Below are positions 20,896 to 32,000 of a stretch of 64,000 nucleotides of DNA, one piece after another. Position 1 is the first letter of the stretch, and every line of letters begins with the position of its first letter. The notes below the pieces were generated by a model. It made no database searches and had not been told where the DNA came from. It saw only the letters and a program-made list of their open reading frames with translations. The DNA comes from an uncultured virus (IMG/VR IMGVR_UViG_3300025121_000021). Taxonomy: Duplodnaviria > Heunggongvirae > Uroviricota > Caudoviricetes. The translations under genes were made by a program, and so were the position numbers. The stretch is from IMG/VR virus record IMGVR_UViG_3300025121_000021; one strand, given 5' to 3'.

Positions 20896-21147
20896 TTATT
20901 CTTCTTTTAATATTTCTGTTTTGATAACAAAAGCAACTTCTCTCGTTCCCCAAATATGATCTCCATTTTTTCCTCTCCATGTAGGATTCCATTCTTTTGG
21001 GAAATCAAGGCCTAGACCAATGTAAGAGATATTATATTTGTGATCATTTTCGTCATATATGATAAGCTGACTAGTTGCTGTAGAAACACAATATTGCCAC
21101 TGTTTATTATTAACACATATTTTATGGAAGTTTTTTCTATGTTTCAT
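20896..21147 (-). CDS. Hypothetical protein
   Basis: ORF with tight stop/start coupling. Confidence 0.5.
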   Translation of the reverse strand: MKHRKNFHKICVNNKQWQYCVSTATSQLIIYDENDHKYNISYIGLGLDFPKEWNPTWRGKNGDHIWGTREVAFVIKTEILKEE

Positions 21148-21536
21148 TACGATTTTAGCATATCAGCAATTTCTGATAATGTTTTAGTTTTAAGCCAGTC
21201 TACACTAACCATTACATCTTTATAGCAAGGGACATCTTTTACAAAAACTACATAGTAAGGTTCTGAGTTTTTAACTAAAAGAGCTGACCCACAATAATAG
21301 ATATAACTTCGAGCGCCTGCTCTTGTGAGGTCATAACACCACAATGGATGATCTTCTATAAATTGAAACTTTATTGAAAGTATTGCTTTGGTCTCTAGAT
21401 CAGTCAAACTTAAAATTTCCCAAAAGTAGGGTAGTCTCCATCCTACAGGAATTTGTATTTCATTTTTTGGCAAAGGACCAAAATGATTTGACCATAGTTT
21501 ATTATTGTATGTCCAGAGTGTTGTATTTTCAGTCAT
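21147..21536 (-). CDS. Divergent DUF1566-like protein
   Basis: GWRLP..EI motif and C-terminal VVFVK, shared with the paralog family. Confidence 0.35.
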   Translation of the reverse strand: MTENTTLWTYNNKLWSNHFGPLPKNEIQIPVGWRLPYFWEILSLTDLETKAILSIKFQFIEDHPLWCYDLTRAGARSYIYYCGSALLVKNSEPYYVVFVKDVPCYKDVMVSVDWLKTKTLSEIADMLKS

Positions 21537-21551
21537 AAATGTCCCCGGATT

Positions 21552-22496
21552 TTAATTTTCATCATCTTCATATTCGTCGTCGTCGTTTTTGAATCCGCCC
21601 ATCATCGCCATCATCATCATAGGATTCATGGTTCCTTGGGCTTGGCCGCCCATCATTCCGCTCATTGCCATCATCATCATCATGTTTTTATCTATTTTAC
21701 CTTTATCCCCTTGCATCATGAGCAACATTGGTAACATAGGATTCTGTGTTCCGGTGGACATATCAAACAACTGTTTAACACACATGAAACCCGATTGACC
21801 AAGCATCTGTACTTTTCCAGCTTGCACTATGGTTTTTCTGCTGTCTGGTTTTAAAACCTCAAGTGAACTTTCAAGTTTTTTAATAACCCAACCAAGAGGT
21901 TCTCCATCAGCACCAAGAATAATATCGCCTAAGGAGATGGCAGTAATAGGTTGGCGCATAGCGAATGCAGGTAACGCTACTTCGAACTCAACTAAACAAC
22001 GTTCAGTAACGTATTCTTCTCCTTCCTTGACTAGTAGTGTTACGCCATCCTTTGTAACAATACCAGTTTTGCCGCTCATTACATCCCATACAATTTTATC
22101 TGTTTGGCAAAATAGATGTTTTGCTACATTTCCCATCTTCATAGTAATACTCCTTTTTTTCTTTTCTGTCTTTTTATTTAAAGGTGTTATGTTTTTTTGA
22201 TCTGATTTTCTTTTTTCTTCTTCAAAACAAAAATCTTCTAATTTATCCTTAGTGGTTACCATTATTCCATAAGAGGGATGACGAACAGTACATTTGTCTC
22301 CATCAGTATTTAAAACTGTGACAATATTATTGTTATATGGAAGTGTCTTGAGCCGAGCTATTTTTGTTTCTTTTTCTGGTTCTAGATCAGGTGTCCCATA
22401 AAACTGACATTCTGGATAACATATTGAACTAGCCGTAATAGTTCCACTAGGCATATTCCGTTTTCGTGGAGACCCAATTTCCCAAACTTGTCCCAT
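21552..22496 (-). CDS. Hypothetical protein with Met-rich C-terminus
   Basis: NMMMMMAMSGMMGG...NPMMMMAMMGG followed by an acidic tail. Confidence 0.65.
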   Translation of the reverse strand: MGQVWEIGSPRKRNMPSGTITASSICYPECQFYGTPDLEPEKETKIARLKTLPYNNNIVTVLNTDGDKCTVRHPSYGIMVTTKDKLEDFCFEEEKRKSDQKNITPLNKKTEKKKRSITMKMGNVAKHLFCQTDKIVWDVMSGKTGIVTKDGVTLLVKEGEEYVTERCLVEFEVALPAFAMRQPITAISLGDIILGADGEPLGWVIKKLESSLEVLKPDSRKTIVQAGKVQMLGQSGFMCVKQLFDMSTGTQNPMLPMLLMMQGDKGKIDKNMMMMMAMSGMMGGQAQGTMNPMMMMAMMGGFKNDDDEYEDDEN

Positions 22497-22497
22497 A

Positions 22498-22878
22498 TTA
22501 CATCATATCTTTAGGATCTTCTTTAGGAAGTTGAGTCAAGCGCTTAACGCACTCAGGCATAATTTGCACCCAAAGTAATTTTGATGGGTCCATTAACTTC
22601 CCATTAACTAATGACATGAATAAAGTTTCATCTAAAGTCTTTTGACACATTGATTCACTTGGAAAAATTGCACTTACTTTATTTTCAGAAGTCTTCCAAA
22701 ATGCAATTTCTGGAAAAAATGGACAACTAATTGCTTGTTCTAAGTCTGCGTGAGGAATGTCTTTGGCAACACATTCGTATTTTTGACTATCAACATTTTG
22801 CTCTATAAAATAAGTAGTAAAATGTCCGGGTTTGGCAAAACATCCTGTAAGTAATAATACTAAAAATAAATATTTCAT
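22498..22878 (-). CDS. Putative lipoprotein
   Basis: Lipobox LLTGC after a hydrophobic signal. Confidence 0.55.
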   Translation of the reverse strand: MKYLFLVLLLTGCFAKPGHFTTYFIEQNVDSQKYECVAKDIPHADLEQAISCPFFPEIAFWKTSENKVSAIFPSESMCQKTLDETLFMSLVNGKLMDPSKLLWVQIMPECVKRLTQLPKEDPKDMM

Positions 22879-23888
22879 ATAGCCCCTTTGCGAATTTGAT
22901 TTTCAATTATAGTGTTACTGGAGACTTCTACCATTGTTAAATTTCTTTTTTCTGCAAACGAATGTATATTCCCGTAAGAAAAACCACTTCGGATTCCACC
23001 GATTAGTTCTGTAATGATATGTTCGGCAGATCCTTTATACTTTACTAATGTACTTTCTCCTTCGGTATGTTTATTGGTATTAGCATAGTATTCTACCTGG
23101 AAATCTCGGCTAGCTTGGCCTCTATACTTTTTATATGCGACGCCGTCTATAATAATCAAATTTCCGGGAGTTTCATCTGTTCCAGAAAGTAAAGATCCTA
23201 TCATGACAGTATCTGCTCCTGCTGCAAAAGCTTTAACCATATCACCGCTATTACGAATCCCTCCGTCAGCAATAATGGGAATATAATTTTCTTCATCTCG
23301 ACCATAATCGCATTGCATAATGGCCGATAGTTGGGGTATCCCAAACCCTGTTACTAACCGGGTTTTACACATTGCACCGCAACCCACCCCTACTTTAATA
23401 GCATCAGCACCCCAATCTGCAAGGCTGATAAAACCTTGTTCAGTGCAAACATTTCCTGCAATTATGTCGATATGATCTCTAACAGCCTTTTTTATTTTTG
23501 TAATTGCTTCCTTCATTAAGATATGGTGACCATGTGCCATATCTATACAAATGATATCTACACCTGCTTCGTCTAGAGCTTGAGCCCTTTCTATAAAGTC
23601 ATCTTTGACTCCAACGGCTGCAGCAACAAGTTCGCAGTTTGTATCAGAAACTTCATTGACTTGTTCTTGGATAGATAAAAAACGGTGGATAATACCTAAG
23701 CCACCTGTTTTTGCCATTAAACAGGCCATTTCGCCTTCGGTAATAGTATCCATATTAGAAGATATAATTGGCTGACTGATACTATATCTTTTGGTTACTT
23801 TTGTAGTTAAATCAATTTGGTTGTTAAACCGGGATAGTATGTCTGAAAATTTTGGCCTTAATAAAACATCATCAAATGTTAGTAGCAT
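22875..23888 (-). CDS. guaB: IMP dehydrogenase / GMP reductase family protein (no CBS domains)
   Basis: [50 protein letters not shown] and YRGQAS. GuaB versus GuaC cannot be resolved by eye. Confidence 0.8.
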   Translation of the reverse strand: MLLTFDDVLLRPKFSDILSRFNNQIDLTTKVTKRYSISQPIISSNMDTITEGEMACLMAKTGGLGIIHRFLSIQEQVNEVSDTNCELVAAAVGVKDDFIERAQALDEAGVDIICIDMAHGHHILMKEAITKIKKAVRDHIDIIAGNVCTEQGFISLADWGADAIKVGVGCGAMCKTRLVTGFGIPQLSAIMQCDYGRDEENYIPIIADGGIRNSGDMVKAFAAGADTVMIGSLLSGTDETPGNLIIIDGVAYKKYRGQASRDFQVEYYANTNKHTEGESTLVKYKGSAEHIITELIGGIRSGFSYGNIHSFAEKRNLTMVEVSSNTIIENQIRKGAI

Positions 23889-25452
23889 AATTTCCTCCTA
23901 GTTGATTTTCCATCAATCGCATTTGTTCTTGGTAACGACTATAGGGATTATCTAAATCTTTGTCATTAACAAACCCTAAGAACGGAGCAATATATGGTTC
24001 GCGTGAAATTGCTTGCTTGGCAATTTCGACACAGATTGCCCTATAAGTAGGATGTCCATTTACTTGTGTTCTTAACTCACATAAATGTTGAAGTTCGGCA
24101 AGATTCATCCCTATCATCCATCTGACTTTATGACCATATAGGGTGCAGTATTCAGAAGCACCACTTTCTGATGCATCTACTAGGTTAAATAAACCCGTAA
24201 CTCGGTCTACTAGATCATAAGCTTCTTGATCCAAATGAATTTCGTTAAATTCTTTTGGTAATACAAATCCAATATCAACTGTTAATAGTTGTCGTTGTTG
24301 AGTCCCCACCCGATGTCGTTGCAAGTCTCTATATTCAGAGAATGGGCATTCAATTTCGAATGTAAATGGATAGCCTATTTCTAATCCGCGTCCTAATTTA
24401 CTTCTTCTAGAAAGACGAGCTGCTACTAAATTTTCAAGAAATTTAGTGCTATCAGTTTGTAATAACATACCATAATTGTGATTTAAACTATTAAAAGGTA
24501 TATCTAAATAAGGATATAGAATAGATGTCATAAAAACATCACTTGATAATAGTGATGTAGGGATATACGTCACTTTAAATAAACTATTGTCTTTTTGAGG
24601 CAATGGAATACTATTGGTTATCTCTAAAATATCTGAAATATCTATACTGTTAATTGGCCTAGGAGGCTCTTTGTGTATTAGAAAAGTTGGAATTATTTTT
24701 TCTAGTTCTTGTAGTAGTTCAGTCCCTAAGGAATTGTTTTCTAGATCGTCAGAATAAATTAATGAATATACTAGATGTCTGAAAAATCGGGCATTTCCTG
24801 CTATACCAACATTGGTAAGTGTAGAAGCAGGAAGTAGGCAACGTGCGACATCTAAAGCTGCACATTTGATAATGTTTTCATAAGTCTTATTGTACATTTT
24901 CCTAGTCTTAGGAGCGTATAATAGCTTATCTTCTTTAGGAAATTTTGCGCGGAAATATCCAATTAGGTAACTAACTGCCTTGTTGTATAAGACGAAACAT
25001 TCATCCATTACTTTTACATATAAGTCTTGATATTGGCCTATCCCTTCTGGAGCCTGTAAATATTTCCATTGCTCTTGACCCGTTAGTGGGTCAATATACT
25101 TTTGATCATATTGATTATAACGAGATGACTGTTCTATAAAAGAACAACCCACTCTATGATTTTCTATTGCTTTGGCTTGGATTTGGCTAATATTTTCTAT
25201 ACCAACATGAAGATATTCTAATTCAGCAACAGATTCGTCACCAAATTGGTTAACGACTCTATTGATTAAAATAGAACCCGCCTCTACATTAGGTTCTCCG
25301 TCTTTAAAGAATTCTTGAGTCAAAGTTTCTCGAATACTTTTTGTACTACGAGAATACCGTGCCATAGCTGCACTTGTCATTTCAGGAGGTAATCCTTGAA
25401 TAACAAAGATATTAGAATTATCATTAGAAAAATATTTGCTCATATCCCTCAC
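23872..25452 (-). CDS. thyX: FAD-dependent thymidylate synthase (tandem ThyX domains)
   Basis: ARYSRS, FGDESVAE, EQSSRY, DVARCLLP, RDLQRHR and ELRT...GHPTYR. Confidence 0.8.
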   Translation of the reverse strand: MRDMSKYFSNDNSNIFVIQGLPPEMTSAAMARYSRSTKSIRETLTQEFFKDGEPNVEAGSILINRVVNQFGDESVAELEYLHVGIENISQIQAKAIENHRVGCSFIEQSSRYNQYDQKYIDPLTGQEQWKYLQAPEGIGQYQDLYVKVMDECFVLYNKAVSYLIGYFRAKFPKEDKLLYAPKTRKMYNKTYENIIKCAALDVARCLLPASTLTNVGIAGNARFFRHLVYSLIYSDDLENNSLGTELLQELEKIIPTFLIHKEPPRPINSIDISDILEITNSIPLPQKDNSLFKVTYIPTSLLSSDVFMTSILYPYLDIPFNSLNHNYGMLLQTDSTKFLENLVAARLSRRSKLGRGLEIGYPFTFEIECPFSEYRDLQRHRVGTQQRQLLTVDIGFVLPKEFNEIHLDQEAYDLVDRVTGLFNLVDASESGASEYCTLYGHKVRWMIGMNLAELQHLCELRTQVNGHPTYRAICVEIAKQAISREPYIAPFLGFVNDKDLDNPYSRYQEQMRLMENQLGGNYATNI

Positions 25453-25697
25453 AATTTTTTAAGTTCATTTAATAATTCTTCTGGTGTCATAGAGTCATAT
25501 TCTTTTATCTGCTTTTTCATTTCTTCCAAAGACAAGGGAGGAGGAGGCAAATCTACTACGATTTTCTTTTCGAGTTCCAGAATTGAATCTGTTTTAGAAG
25601 GTTCTTTCTGTCTCCAGAAAAAGAATAAAGTTAAAAGACCCATTCCAAACCCACAAATAATTTGCCAATACTTTTTTATAAATTGCATAAACGCCAT
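25449..25697 (-). CDS. Small membrane protein
   Basis: TM helix and poly-Pro. Likely ATG at 25697 (MAFMQF) after AGGAG. Confidence 0.5.
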   Translation of the reverse strand: MAFMQFIKKYWQIICGFGMGLLTLFFFWRQKEPSKTDSILELEKKIVVDLPPPPLSLEEMKKQIKEYDSMTPEELLNELKKL

Positions 25698-25881
25698 CTG
25701 TTTTCTCCTGGTTTTAATTGATTCCAATCTTCAAAAAATTTTTTCCATCCTCCAATGGATCTGTAAATTTGGGCCTCTTCTTTATATGTGGTATAATCAA
25801 TCTCGCCATCATATTGATTTATATAGGCTATATACCCTTGTCGTTTGTTATCAAAAACAATAAATTCTTCCATAAACCCTT

Positions 25882-26334
25882 ATGTTTAAAATAAATAAGA
25901 CATTATTAGCTCGTATTGCAGATATATATATACGAAGAGGAGGTCTCATCTCCTCAAAGCGAGATATTATGAAATATCTTAATCAATTTATAGACGATAA
26001 ATTCTTAGATGAGAATAGGATTTTTTTTCAATTAAGAAATAAAAATCTTAATATTATTGCTAAAGTTTTAGCTGATGATTTACATTATCGAATTAATGAT
26101 ATTACTTTCCAAGGTACAAGTATAGGCGAAGTTGAAATCCCTTATTCGGATAACAACCTGCCTAATACTTGTTCTATTCTTAAGGAAGACTACTGCAATT
26201 ATCTTAAAGAAATTGGATTGAGCAAAAGAAATTATACTAGGGTCATTCCTCAGTCTGTTCGGTTTGCTTTTGGAATTCTTGCTTCTTCTCCTCAACGGCT
26301 TGAGAATCTCGATACGCCCGAATTGTCTCTTTGA
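25882..26334 (+). CDS. Hypothetical protein, lone + strand gene in the - strand block
   Basis: A 150-aa ORF fills a gap where the - strand has no convincing ORF. Its 3' end overlaps the convergent gene. Confidence 0.5.
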   Translation: MFKINKTLLARIADIYIRRGGLISSKRDIMKYLNQFIDDKFLDENRIFFQLRNKNLNIIAKVLADDLHYRINDITFQGTSIGEVEIPYSDNNLPNTCSILKEDYCNYLKEIGLSKRNYTRVIPQSVRFAFGILASSPQRLENLDTPELSL

Positions 26335-26602
26335 CTTTTACTTTTAATTCTTCTTCTGAGAAGATTTGTTTGTCTATTAGTAACGATTCGACACTCTGGA
26401 TAATTGTTCCCATCTCCATTGAGAAAGGTTTCAGTTCCATAAGAGAAGCAACAATTTGTGCTAATCGTTTTTCTAGGGTATCTACTCGAACTTTAGTATC
26501 TGCTAAAATAGTCTCTAAAAGCCGAGTAGAAGCTCCTAGATTATCAGTTAATTTTTCCAGTAAGCTTTCTAATTTTTCTTCGTTCATAAATCCTTTATTC
26601 AA
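26243..26602 (-). CDS. Hypothetical coiled-coil protein
   Basis: ORF coupled to the hsp20 stop. Confidence 0.55.
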   Translation of the reverse strand: MNKGFMNEEKLESLLEKLTDNLGASTRLLETILADTKVRVDTLEKRLAQIVASLMELKPFSMEMGTIIQSVESLLIDKQIFSEEELKVKVKETIRAYRDSQAVEEKKQEFQKQTEQTEE

Positions 26603-26903
26603 TTTGAATTATTTTTTGAGTTTGTTTGGGTTTTTCTGTTTCTATGATAAGCAAACCATTATCATATTTAGCTATAATTCTTACTGTTGTATCGTCTAAC
26701 ATACAATGATATTCGAAGCCAGGTTTATAATCCTTTTCTTTGTCTCCTTTACCTGTAATGACCAAACAATCATTTTCAATTTTAAGAGTTAAATCTTCTT
26801 TGGCATAACCAGCAACTGGAATTTGCCATTGACCAGTTGACGATATAGGGAACAATTCTGTCAGTAGATAGTCAAACGGATTACGGTAACTGCAATAGGG
26901 CAT
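26595..26903 (-). CDS. Small heat-shock protein (Hsp20/alpha-crystallin)
   Basis: VAGYAKEDL.LKIENDCLVITG and AKYDNGLLII motifs, GGAGG RBS. Confidence 0.8.
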   Translation of the reverse strand: MPYCSYRNPFDYLLTELFPISSTGQWQIPVAGYAKEDLTLKIENDCLVITGKGDKEKDYKPGFEYHCMLDDTTVRIIAKYDNGLLIIETEKPKQTQKIIQIE

Positions 26904-26934
26904 ATGATTACCTCCAATGAATTAAACATGTCTA

Positions 26935-26962
26935 ATAATAATTCTTACCTGTTTTCTGTCAA
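26935..26962 (-). promoter_or_regulatory. Sigma70-type promoter upstream of hsp20
   Basis: TTGACA (26962-26957), a 16-nt spacer, then TATTAT (26940-26935), in one of the few intergenic gaps. Confidence 0.6.
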
Positions 26963-27012
26963 GAAATAAGCGTAAATTAAAACTATTACTATTGTCATAA
27001 CAATTAAAAAGC

Positions 27013-27270
27013 TCATGTTACTTTCCTAATCTCGATCCATAAGTCTTCTTTGGATTTCATTAGTTTACTGAGATCCAGGTTCATATGTTCAATCTTATAT
27101 TTTTTTTCTCCTGTCTCTTCACATTCTGGGCAATCCATAGACTCTAAGTTTATGTTTGTTGGTTTCTTTTCGAGTCCTTTAGGAGTCCATTCATAATGAG
27201 TGGCACCATAGGTAAACCCACAATGAAGACATTTGAAGCAGAATCCATGATCAAATATTGTTGCTTTCAA
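27013..27270 (-). CDS. Zn-ribbon hypothetical protein
   Basis: CLHC...CPEC. Confidence 0.5.
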   Translation of the reverse strand: MKATIFDHGFCFKCLHCGFTYGATHYEWTPKGLEKKPTNINLESMDCPECEETGEKKYKIEHMNLDLSKLMKSKEDLWIEIRKVT

Positions 27271-27339
27271 GGAAACCTCTTATGCATTAAATACCAACCA
27301 CCCATTATAATGAGAGAGATCAAGAAAAGATCCATGATC

Positions 27340-28401
27340 TTATTTAACCTCTATCATATATTGCCAAGTGGTTTTGTATTTATTAGAAACTCCAAACAAC
27401 CATTGACCTGGGATTGCCGACACTGACATACGTTCAGATAAGTCGTCTCCATTCATCAAAGATGAATTTCTGAAAACGCGTAAATCTTTATTTACATCGA
27501 ACATAGTAAAGTGATGCCAATGGCCATATAACATAATCTGACATTTATGTAGGTTATGCCAACCTTCAAATTTACATTGAGAGGCATATGTTCCTGAATG
27601 TTTAGGAGCAGTATGGCGCGCCTGCATTCTCCAGCCTTTAACATCAAAATTGATAAAGTCTGTTCTGGAATAGCAGACACTTACATTAGTAAGTTCGTGG
27701 CAAGTATTTTTTAGTTCATCTACGAAAAATTCAAGCTGAGTATATAAGGCCAAATCATGATTAGATTCTTCACTATGATCTTTGCCCGCAGAACCATGAT
27801 TACCTTTTACACAATATACTTTTACACTAGTAAATATTTCGCTGACTGTTTTGAGAAGAGCAATCAGTTCATGAAGAACTGCACGCATTTGAAAGGGAGG
27901 AGTATCTTCTATATGATAGGCTTGTGTAGGATATATAGAATCGCCGTCTACTAGATCTCCGGCTAAGACTAAGATTAATTCATCTATAGGAGTGTTATGA
28001 GAAACGCGTTTTATAACCTTTAGACTATTAGATAATATCTTATGTAATCTTTCAGAGGCAATAGCCATATTATAGGTTACTGTTCCATCTTCGTCTCTGA
28101 CTTCTTTACCAAAGTGTAAGTCTGAGAGTAATAAGACAGCTGCTTCTGCTTGGTCGTCTGGTTTCTTTTTGGGCTTTGTCTCTAACTTTGGTGTTTGAAG
28201 CATTTCGCGAAGAGCGTGTACAATAGCAATTTCTTTTTCTGCTAATTCGGTAACTGTTTTTCTTGTAAGAGATTTGTCTTTTTGGTTTCTTATATCTAGA
28301 GCCATTGCTTCTACAAGAAGATCAAAGTCCCAGAATTCTCTATCTTTTTCAGTCATTGTATCGTAATATTTTTTGGCCCTACTAATTAATGTGTCTTCCA
28401 T
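27340..28401 (-). CDS. Calcineurin-like metallophosphoesterase
   Basis: SDLHFG, GDLVDG, GNHG and GHWH. Confidence 0.8.
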   Translation of the reverse strand: MEDTLISRAKKYYDTMTEKDREFWDFDLLVEAMALDIRNQKDKSLTRKTVTELAEKEIAIVHALREMLQTPKLETKPKKKPDDQAEAAVLLLSDLHFGKEVRDEDGTVTYNMAIASERLHKILSNSLKVIKRVSHNTPIDELILVLAGDLVDGDSIYPTQAYHIEDTPPFQMRAVLHELIALLKTVSEIFTSVKVYCVKGNHGSAGKDHSEESNHDLALYTQLEFFVDELKNTCHELTNVSVCYSRTDFINFDVKGWRMQARHTAPKHSGTYASQCKFEGWHNLHKCQIMLYGHWHHFTMFDVNKDLRVFRNSSLMNGDDLSERMSVSAIPGQWLFGVSNKYKTTWQYMIEVK

Positions 28402-28421
28402 ACAATCCTTAATAAAACTTT

Positions 28422-28772
28422 TTACTGATCTTTGTTTTGATTTTTTTCTTGTTTCTTCTCTTCAAAGTTTATCACATTTCCGGTCATACGTTTATCACGT
28501 AAAACAAATTTATTGTCTTCTACGGAAATCATGTACGCACAAGGATTTTCTCTTTCTCTTTCACAATATGAACATTCACAATTATCGTCATAACCATTTG
28601 TTTTAGCTAACTGTAAAAATAAATTCAAGATAGCGATAGGTGAACACTCTTCGCGAATAGATATCATTCCTTGTTTACCTTCGAGAGGTAATGAATTTAA
28701 AAATTTCAATATATCTTTCGACGAAACAAAAACTTCTTGCATTATAGAACCTCTACTTCTATAGGTTTCCAC
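28422..28772 (-). CDS. Hypothetical protein
   Basis: ORF with CECSYC. Confidence 0.5.
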   Translation of the reverse strand: METYRSRGSIMQEVFVSSKDILKFLNSLPLEGKQGMISIREECSPIAILNLFLQLAKTNGYDDNCECSYCERERENPCAYMISVEDNKFVLRDKRMTGNVINFEEKKQEKNQNKDQ

Positions 28773-29089
28773 ATTATAAAAGGATGGCGGGTATGAGTAC
28801 TGTTAAACGAGCAATAACTGAAAATAATTTGGCTATTAAGAATCCAAGCTGTATGTGTAAAAAATTTATCAGAAGAATCAGATCGATTTTTAACATAAAA
28901 CTCTATACCGACTTCAGTTAAAGGACTATGACGAAGCTCTTCCTCTACTTCTAATAAGTCTTGTATACTAGCAAGAGTAAATCCTTCCTGGGGAGCTGTT
29001 TTTAATTTTACGTCTTGAGGTTCAGTAAACATCCATATCTTCGGGTCACCTTTTTTGGTAATGGTATATATGTCTCCAATTCTCAACAT
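28742..29089 (-). CDS. Hypothetical protein
   Basis: ORF overlapping the dnaE stop. Confidence 0.5.
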   Translation of the reverse strand: MLRIGDIYTITKKGDPKIWMFTEPQDVKLKTAPQEGFTLASIQDLLEVEEELRHSPLTEVGIEFYVKNRSDSSDKFFTHTAWILNSQIIFSYCSFNSTHTRHPFIMWKPIEVEVL

Positions 29090-32000
29090 ACTCTTTTTCC
29101 AAATATAGATTTTAATTTATTTAAATTAATTTTCAATTCTTTATTTAACAGGTATTTATATTTATCTATTAAGTAATAAATATTTACTTTGTCCTCTCCG
29201 GTTTCATTTAAGAAATCCAAATCTGACAGAGTTTCTACTTTAAAAGATCCACGACGAATAGGTTTAGTTGGAATTCTCTTTTCTATTTTTCGAGGATAAA
29301 TAGATAGAGTGCGTTCTTCGGCAAATTCTTTAAACCTACATTGACCTTCTATATAGTAGACAGCGCCTGCTTCAATAGTATCTTTTATGCGTGTCCATTT
29401 ATCTGAAAACAAGACTACATCCGCTGTCCCAGTTAAATCTTCTACTGTTAAGATAGCCATTAATTGACCAGCATTTCTGCCGTTTTTAATAGTAATTTCT
29501 TTCACAGCTGTTATAAGAAATAAAAATTCGGAGTTAAAACTCTCTAATCCTTCTTCTAACACTCTTTCAATAGATGAATATCCGGCTTTATCTATCTCTG
29601 AAAATTCATCTAATGGATGACCGCTAAAATAAGTTCCCACTAAACTCTTTTCCAAAGACAATAAATCTAAGTTAGAATATTCGCCAAGTTTAACCCTATA
29701 CCACCAAGGGTTTTCTACATCTCTATTAAAGAGTGCATCATCTATTGCATACTCTATATGCTCTTTTCTAGTGTGAGGAAATTCATTTAATGCTCCTGCT
29801 TGAGCAAGAACATTTAAAGTTCGTGCCGTCAATTCTTTACAGGAATAGAGTCGGCCTGACAACTCATAGATGTCAGTGTATTTTCCTTGTTTTTCTCTTT
29901 CGTTAATAATAGAGTCGCATGCTACTTTAGAAGCTCCTTTAATACAAGATAAACCATAAAATATTTTTTTGTCTTTAATTCTGAAATCCGAATCTGAAAC
30001 ATTGACATTCGGAGCTAAGACATCAATTCCATTTTTTTTACACCAAGTTAAATACTTAGGAATATAAGAACGAGATTTCTCTGAGTTGTCTTTTCCTTTT
30101 ACATAAAATAGAGCGGCCATAAACTCAGCAGGATAATGTGTTTTAAGATAGGCCATTATATAAGTTATTAGAGAGTAACTCATGGCATGTGATTTATTGA
30201 AACCATAGAGGCCAAATTTTTCTATGGCATCAAATATTTCATTTGATGTTTTTTCTGTTATTCTATTTAATTTTGCTTGATCGACAAATTTTTTACGTTC
30301 AAGACGCAACTCGTTGATTTTCTTCTTCCCAACATGCTTTCGAAGGGTGTCCGATTCGGCCATTGTATAACAAGCAACGGCTTTACTAATTTCCATTAAC
30401 TGCTCTTGATAGATAAGTAATCCCTGCGTCTTCTCAAGGATTCTTATCACCTGTTCTTGTACTTGTGGATTTTCTGGGATATGGAATAAGATATTTATGT
30501 CGTTGGTTTCTTTGGCTCTAATGTATTCGTGGTGGAGTCCACTATCAATTGGGCCTGGTCGGACAATACTGACAATTTCTGATATATTTTCAATGCATCT
30601 GGGTTTTGTCCGAGCACAAATTTCTGAAAATAGTTGGGACCCTTCGAGCTGAAATATTCCAAGCATGTCTCCAGTCCCCAAATTATCATAAGTCTCCCCA
30701 TCATTTTCACATATGGATTCAATAATAAAGGTGGAATCATTTTTCTTAATAAACTCCTCTGTCTTCGAAATAACCCGTAAAGAATCTAGTCCTAGAATAT
30801 CAAATTTAACTAAACCTGCGGCTTCTAAGTCTCCCATGTCCCATTGACATGAGGTTACGCGTTTTTCATATTTAATACCTTCTTGATTTTCTAATCCTAC
30901 ATTTAAGGTATATGTAGGAACTATATCTGTAATTGGTATAGGTGAAACAATTATTCCTGAAGGGTGAACACTTAAACTTGTGATGACGCCATCAAATGTT
31001 TTGGCATATTTAAATAAATCTTTATATTTAGAATCATTATAATAAATAAAAATATCGTGATCTTTTGGTAAGAGTTCAAGCCTATCTAAATCAAAATTAA
31101 TCCCACGGTTTGAATCGGGGATTGCCTTAGCAATCATATCTGCTTCATTAAGAGGTATATTTAAAACGCGCGCAACTCCTCTGATTGCTCCTTTTGCCGC
31201 AAAAGGTTTAAAGACATTAATATGTAAAACTTTTTCTGGACTGTGCTTCTTGATACAGTATTCTATAACGCTGTCTCTATCTTCAAAGTCACAGTCTAGG
31301 TCGGGTAAACTTACTCGTGATGGGTTTAAAAAACGCTCAAATATTAAATTATATTTAACTGGATCTACATCAGTAACTCCTAATAGATAAAATATTAAAC
31401 TACCTGCTCCACTTCCACGTCCTGGACCAACTCTTATCTTATTCTTTTTTGCCCATTGTACATAGTCTGAAACAGCCGCGAAATAGGAAGCAAATTCCAT
31501 CTTCTCTATAACGGACATTTCATATTCTAAACGCTTTATGTATATATCTTTTTTATTTTCTGGTACTTGTTCTTCTAAACTTTTTAGCGCTGTTTCTTTT
31601 AGCCATTTAAGTGAATCAATTGAATTGCCATAGCAATCTAAATGTTTAGGAAATAAATAACCTTTATAGTCTAACTTACAGTTACAACGTTCTGCTATTT
31701 TGACAGTATTAGCTACAAATTCTGGATGATCTTTCCACGTTTCTTCTATTTCTTCTGGAGCCTGGAGATGACATTTCTCTGTATCCATATTAAATCTATC
31801 TTCATCAAGTAAGGTAGATTTAGTTTTAAGACACAATAGAATTTCGTGCGCCTTTTTATCTTCTTTATTAAGCCAATGAACATCATTGGTAATAACACAA
31901 GAAAGACCTGTCTCTTGTGCTGCTTGTATTAAATTTCCTGTTAAAAGATCCTGAATCTCCAATCCCAATCTTTGAAGTTCAATGTAGAAATAGTCCTTGC

